A program made the position numbers and the translations under genes. A stretch of DNA of 64,000 bases, from positions 13,883-77,882 of IMG/VR virus record IMGVR_UViG_3300044712_001906; one strand, given 5' to 3'. The notes under the pieces are model-generated. The model saw nothing but the letters and a program-made list of their open reading frames with translations. It did no database searches and was not told where the DNA came from. This document shows positions 47,201 through 55,197 of this stretch, piece by piece (position 1 is the first letter of the stretch; every line of letters begins with the position of its first letter). This DNA is from a virus.

Positions 47201-47762
47201 GGTGCGAGCGGGCGTCGGGGAAGGGGAGGTAGGCCTTCCCGTCGCGCGCGAAGTTCGCAAAGAGGGCGAACGAGTGCCCGACGTCGACGACGATCAAGAA
47301 CGGCGGCCACTCCGGCAGCGCGCGGGCGTAGCGCTCGGCCTGGGCGCGGGCGCGGTCCATCGCGGCCGTCCACCACGCGGTGCCACGCACCGCGGTGCCG
47401 ATGCGGCGGGTGCCTGCGGCCGGCGATGAGCCGCCGAGGAGATCGAGCTGCTCGGCGTCCTCGGCCTGGCCGGCCTGGGTCCCTTGCTTCGCCTCGAGCA
47501 CGAAGCAGTCCGCCTTGTAGAGGTCGATCCAACCGCGGCTAGTGGTTCCGTCGCCGTTCTGGAAGGTCACCGCCTTCTCGAAGACGTACCGGTTCTTCGC
47601 CTCGTCCTGCTTGGTCGCGTCGGGGTGCGCGATGTCGAGGAGCGTGCAGAGCTCCGTGAGAAACGACACGTAGTTGGCCCGCTCGGCGCCGCCTGAGGCT
47701 CGCCATTTGGCGATGAAGGCGTCGATGGTCGCGCGTTGCCCTGCGGTGTCTGCCTCCGACAT
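44256..47762 (-). CDS. MmeI-like type IIL/IIG restriction-modification enzyme (endonuclease, m6A MTase, TRD)
   Basis: IDLYKADCFVLEAK (PD-ExK), FNGRFF, GAHFTP, VLDPACGTGNFL, SNPPFLG, FDPFPFP, LDAAVFDAYGW. Confidence 0.92.
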   Translation of the reverse strand: MSEADTAGQRATIDAFIAKWRASGGAERANYVSFLTELCTLLDIAHPDATKQDEAKNRYVFEKAVTFQNGDGTTSRGWIDLYKADCFVLEAKQGTQAGQAEDAEQLDLLGGSSPAAGTRRIGTAVRGTAWWTAAMDRARAQAERYARALPEWPPFLIVVDVGHSFALFANFARDGKAYLPFPDARSHRFALEDLADPAIANRLRRVWTEPMTLDPGRYAAEVTQKIAARLAALAKSLEAARHHPQLVADFLMRCLFTMFAEDVGLIPKDSFTKLLTDMRSEPAALASMLESLWHEMDRGGFSPSLRTKLLRFNGRFFKDATAIQLSTPQIDLLIDAARTDWSHVEPAIFGTLLERALDPAERHALGAHFTPRAYVERLVFPTVIEPLREEWQSVKAAALALKGTKAKTFRAAGKKQEEAVKLISDFRRELTSLRVLDPACGTGNFLYVTLEHMKRLEGEVLEALADLDAAQETLELRGQTVDPHQFLGIEKNPRAAAIAELVLWIGYLQWHFRTLGRVQVTEPVLRDFKNIECRDAVLAYDAEEVVVGEDGKPVTVWDGETTKTHPVTGKQVPDETARKPLYRYVNARKAEWPDAAYVVSNPPFLGTKRMRAALGDGYVDALRRAWSGEVEDNADFVMYWWNEAGNLVSAGKLRRFGFITTNSITQTFNRRVLVRQIEAGVRIAWAVPNHPWVDSTDGADVRVAMTCADANTGPAMLLRVVSEGRQHDEAGASTVILQPRAVDCVHADLSAGANVAAAMPLRANSGCAANGVALHGAGFIVEPGVASALRAAGDGRVIRPFLGGRDLLQKCREQYVIDFSGMSENAARQANASALQHLVDHVLPERKENRRKTIRELWWRFGWERPELRRALSGLRRYMATTETAKHRIFQFIESAYLCVHKNVVVASDDAFVLGNLCGRPHILWSIAAGGRLGVGDDPVYAKSRCFDPFPFPAATEPQQARIRELAEALDAHRKRQQAAHPDLTLTNMYNVLEKLRSGEALTAKEKKVHEQGLCSILLKLHDDLDAAVFDAYGWPTTLTGEEILERLVALNAERVEEEKRGLVRWLRPDFQRGAAATEDAAPAAEEETQDDEAAPAPSPASSAPWPSSVLERVRAVRAVLATAAAPLTLEALAATFAQAPAADVGDILAVLVDNGQVRQLDDGRFAT

Positions 47763-47786
47763 GTAGCGTCCTCCTGAGAGCGGAGA

Positions 47787-47816
47787 ACGCTAACCCGGCG
47801 TTCGATCGCCGCGCAA
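47787..47816 (-). promoter_or_regulatory. Sigma-70-type promoter of the RM gene
   Basis: TTGCGC-N18-TAGCGT, then AGGAGG SD and ATG at 47762. Confidence 0.45.
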
Positions 47817-47845
47817 GGGCTTGCAGGACTATCCCCCCAAGGCCG

Positions 47846-49294
47846 CTACGCCTCGAGCGGCGCGGCCAACGTGCCGACGTGCCCACGCGCGAGCGAGATA
47901 CGCTCGGCCTGGAGTCCTCGCCAGCTACCCGCGAACCCGCGCGCCTTCGTCCACGCGCACGGAGCGACAGCGGTCGCCCAGCGGATGACGCGCAGCCCGC
48001 TCTTCGACGGAAGGTCGGCTGGGCTGTGCTGATGCCCGGTGCAGCAGAGGCGGTGCGTGGCCGCACCCCACTCGACCGGCCACTGCTTCGGCACGATGAG
48101 CCCGAGGTCCTTCACGGTGTGCTCGTCGCCATGGTGGAGGCAGAGGAGCGTGGAACCGACGAGGCCGCCGGGAAGGCGATCGTCGTCGAACCGATGCACG
48201 GTCACATCGTCGGCGTTGCGGTACCACGCGGCGAGCACCTCGCCGGCCCACGCCGTCGAGTGCCGGTCGTGGTTGCCCTCCCAGAGCCAGACGTCGACGG
48301 GGGCGACTTGGCGCGCGAGGTCGATCTGCTCGACCTTGTACGCGACCCATGAGCTCACTCCCTCGGCTGGCGGCGCCTCCGTGAAGAGCTGCGTGCCGGA
48401 GGTGGTAGTGCTGCCCGCCGAGTCGACGTGGATGCCATCGGAGCCGACGGGGAAGATGATGCGCTCGGGACGTCCGAAGAGCACGGCCTCGCTGAAGATC
48501 TGCCCCAGTAGGTCGAGGTAGACCCGCCGCTGAATGGCGCGGGACCACCCCGCGGCCTGCAGGTTCCAGTGCTCGTCGGTCAGCCCGAGAAGAAGTGCCC
48601 ACGGGTCACGCGCCTCCCGGACCTGTAACTGCGGAGGCGCGTAGGTTGGCGCGTGCTCGGCGAGCCAGCCCAGAAGAGGCCGCACAAGCTCCTCGTGCGC
48701 GCGTCGCCACTTGTCCGCGTCCGCCTTGATCTGGTTCCACTTCTGGCGCTCGATCTGGGAGTAGATCCTGAGCTGCCTGAGCTGCCCCGCCTCCTCCAGA
48801 AGCTCCTCGTCGCCCTTCTCCGCGAGCGTCTCGGCCGACCACGGCAGCGCCTTGTGCGTGAGCCCCAGCGCGCGGCGGACGCCGTCCATGATCGCGTGCG
48901 GTAGGCCGAGCGTGCGCCCGACCTCCGTCAGCGTCGCGCCCTTCTCGGCGGCGACCTCCGAGTAGTCTCGGAAGACCTGATCCACCTGCGCGCGCGAGAG
49001 GTTGAAGGCCTTGGACACGCCTGGCAAGCGGAAGGTGTAGGTGCCGGTGTCGGGGTCGTAGACGTAGTGCGGCGTCTCCTCGAGCACCGGAGGCGCCTCG
49101 GTGGGAGCTCCGCTTTCCCTTGTGCCGGCGCTTTGGTCACCCGGCTTTCCAGCCCCCCTGAGCTGCGGCGCGAGCGAGCGCGCCTCCTCGTAGCTGCACC
49201 CGAGCTCCCGCGCGACCTCAGCGACCCGGCGAGACCGGGCGTGACGGGCCGCCACTGCCGCTCGAGGGTGGGCGAGGGCCTCGTCGAGGGTCAC
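47846..49294 (-). CDS. HTH plus calcineurin-like metallophosphoesterase
   Basis: TDEH, GSDGIHVD, GNHD, HHGD and TGHQH motifs; N-terminal HTH-like segments; GTG at 49294 coupled to the upstream stop. Confidence 0.82.
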   Translation of the reverse strand: MTLDEALAHPRAAVAARHARSRRVAEVARELGCSYEEARSLAPQLRGAGKPGDQSAGTRESGAPTEAPPVLEETPHYVYDPDTGTYTFRLPGVSKAFNLSRAQVDQVFRDYSEVAAEKGATLTEVGRTLGLPHAIMDGVRRALGLTHKALPWSAETLAEKGDEELLEEAGQLRQLRIYSQIERQKWNQIKADADKWRRAHEELVRPLLGWLAEHAPTYAPPQLQVREARDPWALLLGLTDEHWNLQAAGWSRAIQRRVYLDLLGQIFSEAVLFGRPERIIFPVGSDGIHVDSAGSTTTSGTQLFTEAPPAEGVSSWVAYKVEQIDLARQVAPVDVWLWEGNHDRHSTAWAGEVLAAWYRNADDVTVHRFDDDRLPGGLVGSTLLCLHHGDEHTVKDLGLIVPKQWPVEWGAATHRLCCTGHQHSPADLPSKSGLRVIRWATAVAPCAWTKARGFAGSWRGLQAERISLARGHVGTLAAPLEA

Positions 49295-49641
49295 TCGCGC
49301 CGCTCCCACGCCTCGAGCACCGCCTCGGTGATCTTCGCGGCCGCATCGGTGACGGCGCCCCTCGGCAGGCGGCCTCCGTGCGCGGTGAGCAGCGGCGCGA
49401 GCTCTGCTTCGGCTGCTCCGATCGCCGCGTCGAGTCGCTCCGCTCGGTCGCTTGCGGCCGCCGCGGCGTGCCGCGCGTCTTCCTCGGCGTCGGCCACGTA
49501 GGTCACCGGGCCGATGAGCCACTCCTCGCCGTCCATCGCTTCGACGCCATCGAAGTAGACCTGATCGTACCGTGGAGGGTGGCGCGTTCCTGCCGCTCGC
49601 TTGGCCGCTGGCGCGTACTTCTCAGGGAAGCCGGGCTTCAT
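49291..49641 (-). CDS. Hypothetical protein
   Basis: ATGA-coupled; starts MKPGFPEKY. Confidence 0.55.
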   Translation of the reverse strand: MKPGFPEKYAPAAKRAAGTRHPPRYDQVYFDGVEAMDGEEWLIGPVTYVADAEEDARHAAAAASDRAERLDAAIGAAEAELAPLLTAHGGRLPRGAVTDAAAKITEAVLEAWERRE

Positions 49642-50135
49642 GGCGCCACCGCGTCCCGGACAGCGACAACGACGACAGCCACAGCCCCGGTGACGACGAC
49701 GGACAGCGTCGCCACGAACCACGGCCTCTCGACGAGCGGGACCTTCCTCGCCGGCGGCGCCTGTACCGTCCCGGGCAGCTTGAGCAGCTCGGCGATGGTG
49801 TCGTCGCGGGCCTCGAGCAGCGAGGCGCAGGTCTTGCGCTCGGCCGCCAGTTCGTCGCGGGCCACGCCCAGGTCGATGCGGCACCGCGGGAGCTCGGTGC
49901 GGACGCAGAACCCGCCGCGCACGGCCTCGGGGACGGGCACGAGGAGCCCATCGCAGACCGCGGGCTCGCCCATGCGAAGCTCGTGGGACTTCTGGCACGG
50001 CAGAGGTGCCGCCGACGGCTCCGCGGCCGATGCGCGCTTTGCCGACAGGACGATGACGAGGACGGCGAGGAGCACGGCCAGAAGCAGGAGCGCCTCGACG
50101 GCCGCGCCGTTCCGTCTCGGGTCCTGGTAGCTCAT
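49638..50135 (-). CDS. Exported protein with C-terminal TM helix (possible spanin component)
   Basis: Signal peptide ending ASA; four Cys; coiled segment; C-terminal hydrophobic helix. Confidence 0.5.
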   Translation of the reverse strand: MSYQDPRRNGAAVEALLLLAVLLAVLVIVLSAKRASAAEPSAAPLPCQKSHELRMGEPAVCDGLLVPVPEAVRGGFCVRTELPRCRIDLGVARDELAAERKTCASLLEARDDTIAELLKLPGTVQAPPARKVPLVERPWFVATLSVVVTGAVAVVVVAVRDAVAP

Positions 50136-50332
50136 GGCGCCTTCCACAGAGACCTGTCGGCGAGGCGCACCCTGAAGTCGGAGTGCCTCCACCTCGATTG
50201 CTCGGCTACTCCCGCGTGGAGCAGCTCGCCGTAGTACCTCGCGAGGGCGTGCGAGAGGCACGACCCGCGTCGGAGCACTTGCTCGCCGCCGCGGAACGAA
50301 ATCCACCAGGCGCGCGTGCGTCCGGAGCTCAT
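50132..50332 (-). CDS. Hypothetical protein
   Basis: ATGA-coupled on both sides. Confidence 0.45.
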   Translation of the reverse strand: MSSGRTRAWWISFRGGEQVLRRGSCLSHALARYYGELLHAGVAEQSRWRHSDFRVRLADRSLWKAP

Positions 50333-50745
50333 GGCGCCTTGCCCCGCTCGTGCTCCTCCGACGTGATGCCCATGGCCTCGTCCCAGAACTCCGCCACCTT
50401 GCCGGCGCCGAGCTTCTCCGTGAGGCGTCCGTGGACGAGGTCGATGCGCGCGATGTCCTGCGCGGCCTGCTCGTGGATCCTGGCGAGCTCGAGGTCCCGC
50501 TCCCGGAGCGCCGCCTGCGCCTTCCTGGTCGCCGCGGCATGCGCCTCCATGGCCAGACGCCAAGCCTTCGAGCGCTCGCGCTCGCTCTTGAAGTCGGCCT
50601 CCGCGCGCTGCCTGGAGGCGCGCTCGCCCCACCAGAGGAGGAGCGCGAAGCCGACGACGGGCAGCGCGATGAGGAGCGAGAGCACCCACGAGCCAGCGCC
50701 GCGCAGCCAGAGCCAGAGACGGCCGAACCAGGTCACCGATGGCAT
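50329..50745 (-). CDS. Putative inner-membrane spanin (Rz-like)
   Basis: N-terminal TM (WVLSLLIALPVVGFALLLWW) then a coiled coil; in the lysis cassette. Confidence 0.55.
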   Translation of the reverse strand: MPSVTWFGRLWLWLRGAGSWVLSLLIALPVVGFALLLWWGERASRQRAEADFKSERERSKAWRLAMEAHAAATRKAQAALRERDLELARIHEQAAQDIARIDLVHGRLTEKLGAGKVAEFWDEAMGITSEEHERGKAP

Positions 50746-50749
50746 TGCG

Positions 50750-50974
50750 TCACCTCCACGGAGGCATCGGCATGGATGCGATGAGCGGACCATCCCGGTG
50801 CGCCCTCGGCCACGGGTCATTGCCGCAGACGAGGGCCGCGAACTGGTCGGGAGTCATCTCGTGCTCGTCGAGATCGTCCGAGTCGACGCCCTCGCCCGCG
50901 AAGTCCTCGAGGTCCTGCCTGATGGTGTCCTCGGCGAGGTTCAGGTCGTCGCGGATGGCGGTCTCGGCAGTCAC
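50750..50974 (-). CDS. Small acidic hypothetical protein
   Basis: GTGA coupling; Asp/Glu-rich. Confidence 0.5.
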   Translation of the reverse strand: MTAETAIRDDLNLAEDTIRQDLEDFAGEGVDSDDLDEHEMTPDQFAALVCGNDPWPRAHRDGPLIASMPMPPWR

Positions 50975-51159
50975 GCGAGCGGCCTCCAACCGCTGAACGC
51001 GTCGCCAGCCTCGCGGATCGCAGGCGGGATGGGCGTCGCGTCGTCGACGAACTGGCGGACTGGCGCCGTCGGAGGATCGTACCGGACCGACAGCATCGGC
51101 GACGCCGTCAGCCCGCCCAGGTAGACGAGCCCTGCGGACGTGTCGCCGTAGGGGCTCAC
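50971..51159 (-). CDS. Hypothetical protein
   Basis: GTGA coupling to the DUF2829 stop. Confidence 0.4.
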   Translation of the reverse strand: MSPYGDTSAGLVYLGGLTASPMLSVRYDPPTAPVRQFVDDATPIPPAIREAGDAFSGWRPLA

Positions 51160-51419
51160 GCCAGTTCCCAGTCCTCTGCCAGCACGTCGGACTGAGAGGC
51201 GAGCCACGGCACGACGGTGCCCTGCGCCGTCATCATGTCGACGTGCGGTTGGTAGGTCACTTCGGACCCGACGGGCATGTGCGCCGCCATCGGACGACCC
51301 GCGGTGACCCTGAAGACGGACCCGGGCACCAGGAAGACGAACATGCCCTTGCCGTTCCATCCTTGGCGCCGCACGCGCCCTCCACCCTTGAGCACCTCGA
51401 GCGCATGGCCGAACGTCAT
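51156..51419 (-). CDS. tad2: DUF2829 / Tad2-like anti-Thoeris signal sponge
   Basis: FGHALEVLK.G.RV.R.GWNGKGMF...W..SQSDVLAEDW closely follows the recalled SPO1 Tad2 pattern. Confidence 0.85.
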   Translation of the reverse strand: MTFGHALEVLKGGGRVRRQGWNGKGMFVFLVPGSVFRVTAGRPMAAHMPVGSEVTYQPHVDMMTAQGTVVPWLASQSDVLAEDWELA

Positions 51420-51760
51420 CGCCCACCCCCACCTTCATCGTCAGCGCGTGGCACGTCGCCTTCTGACCGCCCGCCCATGGCCTGCAGCCGCGCCTTCGCG
51501 GCGGCGACCGTCGACGTCGACAGGAACCCCCCGCCGAGGCCGGCGGCGACTCCCCACGGCCAGCCCGGGTCACCCAGCGCGAGGCCCCAGAGGCCCCCGA
51601 CCACGATGGCCAGCGGGCGCCAGATCCAGCGCATCCCCGATGGCACCGGCCTCTTGCGCCAGGCGCAGACGGCGCCGAAGGCGAACTTGAGCCCGTGGAC
51701 GATCGCCGCGACGGCGATCCCGGAGACGAAGATGATGCCGATGACGGCCTCGATGCTCAT
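51416..51760 (-). CDS. Putative holin
   Basis: Two to three TM segments and a charged C-terminus; near the endolysin. Confidence 0.65.
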   Translation of the reverse strand: MSIEAVIGIIFVSGIAVAAIVHGLKFAFGAVCAWRKRPVPSGMRWIWRPLAIVVGGLWGLALGDPGWPWGVAAGLGGGFLSTSTVAAAKARLQAMGGRSEGDVPRADDEGGGGR

Positions 51761-52119
51761 GCAACCTCCCGGGGCTCAGTGGAGCCGGAGCACGCTTCGC
51801 CGCGCAGGCGCGGGCAGAGCGTCTTGTTGACCTCGGCGTGGCTCTCGACGTGCCGGAGCCTCTCGTCGTGGTCGCGCAAGCGCTCCTCGACCTCGTCCGC
51901 GTGAGCCTGCGACCGGTGCTCGTTCGCCTGGACGGCCTCGATGAAGTTGTCCAGGCGCTCGACGAGCACGTCCACGCGCGCGCCAACGCCGGCGGCGATG
52001 ACGCCGATCTGCGTCTTCAGGTCGGCGAAGCTCTTGATGAGCCAGTGCGCGATGGCCCAGAGCGTCCCGAGCACGCTCAGCACGCCAAGGACGATGCCGA
52101 TCACGGCCTCGAGGCTCAT
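51757..52119 (-). CDS. Single-TM coiled-coil membrane protein (holin/antiholin-like)
   Basis: ATG at 52119 coupled to the endolysin stop; N-terminal TM. Confidence 0.6.
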   Translation of the reverse strand: MSLEAVIGIVLGVLSVLGTLWAIAHWLIKSFADLKTQIGVIAAGVGARVDVLVERLDNFIEAVQANEHRSQAHADEVEERLRDHDERLRHVESHAEVNKTLCPRLRGEACSGSTEPREVA

Positions 52120-52898
52120 GCGGCCCTCCCAAGCGCGGCGAGCTCGGCATCGGTGCCGAGGAAGAGGTTGCAGTCGACGCGTACCGGGTTTCCGTTGGCG
52201 CCTGGGAGCGATCCCTTGCCGGTCGTCTGCCAGAGCGTCGCCTTGACGTCGCCGAGGGCCGGCGCCTTGGCAGGGTCGGGCCAGGGCTTCGCCTGGTACT
52301 TCGGGATCCAGAGGGGCATGCGCTGCAGAAGGTTGGCGCCGAGGCCAGACTTCTCCCACCGCCAGCGGTAGTAGCTCGGGGCCAGGTAGAGCGGCGCCGC
52401 CAAGCCCGTGGCCACCTCGACCTCCGCGCGCCACGCGTCGACGAAGCAGGCGAGCAGCGTCGGGGAGGGGCGATTGCCGGCCTTCTCGCACTCCCATTCG
52501 AGGTCGAGCACGGGGGCGGTGAGGAGCGACGGCTGCCCGGGCGCGGCGCAGACCTCGAGGCAGGCGCTCGCTTGCGCGATGCCGGCGGAGCGCGCGTCGG
52601 CCTCGGTCCGCCACTTGGCGAGCCGCGCGAAGTGGTAGGCACCGAGGCGCATCCCGGCGTCGGCCGACGGGCGCGCGTGGCGCTTCCATCCGGGGCTGAC
52701 GTGTCCGAGGCCCTCGGAGGCCTTGACGAAGTTGAAGCGCACGCCGGAGGTGTAGGCCGCACGCCAGTTGATCGGATCCTGCCACCCGGAGACGTCGACG
52801 CCCCGGACGCATGGCGCCTGGGCGTTGACCGGCGAGGCGTCACGGGAGCCGAACCAGGCTCCGAGCCACTCCGCCAGCGGGGCTACGAGGCGGCTCAC
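52116..52898 (-). CDS. Endolysin, glycoside hydrolase family 25 muramidase
   Basis: GVDVSGWQ, FVKASEG, GAYHF, PVLDLE, LWQ.T, VDCN. Confidence 0.93.
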   Translation of the reverse strand: MSRLVAPLAEWLGAWFGSRDASPVNAQAPCVRGVDVSGWQDPINWRAAYTSGVRFNFVKASEGLGHVSPGWKRHARPSADAGMRLGAYHFARLAKWRTEADARSAGIAQASACLEVCAAPGQPSLLTAPVLDLEWECEKAGNRPSPTLLACFVDAWRAEVEVATGLAAPLYLAPSYYRWRWEKSGLGANLLQRMPLWIPKYQAKPWPDPAKAPALGDVKATLWQTTGKGSLPGANGNPVRVDCNLFLGTDAELAALGRAA

Positions 52899-53437
52899 GG
52901 GGCGTAGCCCAGCTCGCGCGAGACGAGCGCGACCGCGTCATCTTTCGTCGGGACGCCGACGACATCGATGCCATGCGCCGCAGCCCACCGGACGAGGCCC
53001 TGCAACGGCATGGCATCCAGACTGGCGACGGACTCCGCGCGTCCAGCGGCCGGAGCCGGCCGCTCCGTGGCGCCGGCGCCCTTGCCACCTACCTCGACGT
53101 ACTCGACGCCACCGGGCGCGCCAGGCGCGAGAAGCGCGCCCTCTGCGTCGAGGTCGAGAGAGCGAACGAAGAGCGCCCGATCGTGGTCGCGCCACGTCGA
53201 CGAGGCGACCGCGGCGACCTCGGGAGGGAGCACTCGGCGACGCAGGGTGACGCCGCCGCCGAGGTCGACGGTCTCCTCAGGCAGGCCACGGAGGCAGAGC
53301 AGGAAGGCGCCGTTGGGCTGGGGCTTGATGCTCGTCGGGCTCGTAATGTCCGAGCCAGCGAGCGCCCCGGCGCACAGGTGCGCCCCCCAGGCCTCGGCCG
53401 GGATCTCGACGTAGGTGCGCGAGCGCTGGCGCCTCAC
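52895..53437 (-). CDS. Hypothetical protein with C-terminal HeH/Rho-N-like domain
   Basis: SLDAMPLQGLVRWAAAHGIDV....TKDDAV helix-extension-helix pattern. Confidence 0.55.
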   Translation of the reverse strand: MRRQRSRTYVEIPAEAWGAHLCAGALAGSDITSPTSIKPQPNGAFLLCLRGLPEETVDLGGGVTLRRRVLPPEVAAVASSTWRDHDRALFVRSLDLDAEGALLAPGAPGGVEYVEVGGKGAGATERPAPAAGRAESVASLDAMPLQGLVRWAAAHGIDVVGVPTKDDAVALVSRELGYAP

Positions 53438-54216
53438 GGGTGATCCTCGACGAGGTCGTCTGCCGCCATGTTCTGCGCCTCCAGGCGAGTCATCGCGGGG
53501 CTGCGCCCGGTGTTCGCGTCGGCCCTGTTGAAGACGTAGCCGCCGGCCGCGGTCGAGTCGCCCGGCGTGTTGCCCGGCCAGTAGTCGAGGAGGCACGACG
53601 GCATCGCCGCCCAGTCAACCTTGCGCGGGCGAGCGACGAAGTTGGCGAAGTCCGGCGCCCCCAGCGCCACGTCCCAAACGCCGAAGCGCGCGATGCGGCA
53701 AGCGACGTTTCCGCCGTAGGCCGGATGAGCGCCGAGCGCGATGTTCTCGACCGCCATGCCAGGGTGCGCGTAGACCCGCGTCTGCGTGTCGACGCCGTTG
53801 ATCCACGCCTTCCACGTCCCGGCACCGTCGTAGGTGAGGCCGAGCAGGTCCCAATCCACGCCCGAGCGCGGCAGCTCGCCCATATCCATGACGTCGCCCG
53901 CGCCCCAGCCGCCGAGGATGGGCCGGAACACCGGCCCGCCGCCCGTGCCGGAGAATACGCGGAGGCTGAACCCGACGCCGAGGAAGCCCGCCAGGTATCG
54001 GCTCGCACCATCAGCACTCTTGAACCACCACGCCGTCGTGAAGGCGCCCGCGGGCCAGTCGTTTCCGGCGCCGAAATCGGCCAAGGGGGTGCCGTAGAGC
54101 TGGTCATCGAGGCCGTCGAGGTCGACCGAGAGGAACTTCGCCTTCTTGCCCCCCTGCTGACACATGCCCATCGCCGCGAAGCGCAGCGCCGTCAGCGGGT
54201 TGCACCGGATGATCAC
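53434..54216 (-). CDS. LamG/concanavalin-A-like domain protein
   Basis: AFTTAWWFK, WDLLGLTYDG, AWING, IARFGVWDVAL. Confidence 0.75.
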   Translation of the reverse strand: MIIRCNPLTALRFAAMGMCQQGGKKAKFLSVDLDGLDDQLYGTPLADFGAGNDWPAGAFTTAWWFKSADGASRYLAGFLGVGFSLRVFSGTGGGPVFRPILGGWGAGDVMDMGELPRSGVDWDLLGLTYDGAGTWKAWINGVDTQTRVYAHPGMAVENIALGAHPAYGGNVACRIARFGVWDVALGAPDFANFVARPRKVDWAAMPSCLLDYWPGNTPGDSTAAGGYVFNRADANTGRSPAMTRLEAQNMAADDLVEDHP

Positions 54217-54611
54217 GCGACCCTCGCGGACGCGTGGCTCTCGATGCCGTCGAAGCCCTCGGCCTCGCTCGGTGTCGGCCAGGTCGCGGCCTTGATCTGC
54301 GAGAGCGACGGCAGGACGCCGATGAAGCCGGAGCCGCCAGAGTCGTTGCGGATCCACGCCTCCTTGCACTGGAGGAAGAGCGCCACCGGGCTCCCGGCGA
54401 GGATCGGGTAGTACGCCTTCGTCCCGATGGCGGCCTCGCTGAAGTAGAGCTTCGCGTCGACCTCGGACGTGATGTGGACGAGCTGCGCGACGTTGTGCAG
54501 CTCGACGACGAGGCTCTTGCCGTCGTCGACGGTGTCCGTGTAGGCGTAGGGCGGCGCGACGACTTCGTGCTGGGGCTTGGAGGCGTTGTACGGTCCGGTC
54601 ACAGGCGGCAT
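54213..54611 (-). CDS. Hypothetical beta-rich (possible structural) protein
   Basis: Coding-like composition within the late unit. Confidence 0.65.
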   Translation of the reverse strand: MPPVTGPYNASKPQHEVVAPPYAYTDTVDDGKSLVVELHNVAQLVHITSEVDAKLYFSEAAIGTKAYYPILAGSPVALFLQCKEAWIRNDSGGSGFIGVLPSLSQIKAATWPTPSEAEGFDGIESHASARVA

Positions 54612-54615
54612 GGGG

Positions 54616-55149
54616 TCACCCCGTCGGCATCACGAAGTGGGACACGAAGATGTCGACGTAGCCGGCGCTCAGGGCGTCCAGCGTGTCGCCCACGGCGTTG
54701 AACGTCGCGGTCAGCTTGCCGCCGCTGGGCAGGATGGCTGGGCGGTAGTCGGTGAGCGCCGCGCCCATGGCCGAGATCTCGTGCCCGTGGTAGCCGGTGG
54801 CCGTGATGTCGATGGCCCCCGCGATGTAGGCGTCGGCATCGGGCGTCGCATCCTCTCCGACGATGAGGCCGACCGAGGCAACGGTGCCGCCCGAGAAGGC
54901 CTGGCCCGTCTTGGCCCACACGGCGTGGATCGCGCCATCGTCGCCAGGCGTGAGTTCGCCAAGGTCGACGAGCAGCGATGCGCCGCCGCCGGCCAGGTCG
55001 GCGTGCGTCACGCGGAAGCGCTCGGTCCTGTAGACGCCTGGCGCCTGGACGTCCTTGAAGACCCCGACGCCATCGGATCCGCGCACGTCGGCCTGCTGCA
55101 GGCCCTTGACGAGCAGATCCTTGGCCGCGATCTTCGTCCGGTCGACCAT
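54616..55149 (-). CDS. Hypothetical protein, possible capsid decoration
   Basis: Beta-rich; first gene after late-promoter copy 4; LVKG motif near the N-terminus. Confidence 0.65.
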   Translation of the reverse strand: MVDRTKIAAKDLLVKGLQQADVRGSDGVGVFKDVQAPGVYRTERFRVTHADLAGGGASLLVDLGELTPGDDGAIHAVWAKTGQAFSGGTVASVGLIVGEDATPDADAYIAGAIDITATGYHGHEISAMGAALTDYRPAILPSGGKLTATFNAVGDTLDALSAGYVDIFVSHFVMPTG

Positions 55150-55155
55150 GCCCAG

Positions 55156-55185
55156 AGCCTGCAGGCTCTATGCCGTGGCGTTAAG
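55156..55185 (-). promoter_or_regulatory. Putative late promoter, copy 4 (CTTAACGCC-N15-CAGGCT)
   Basis: Motif ends 27 nt before the ATG at 55149; the -10 lies in a 16-bp perfect palindrome, AGAGCCTGCAGGCTCT (55154-55169). Confidence 0.6.
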
Positions 55186-55197
55186 GCGCGGAGCGGT

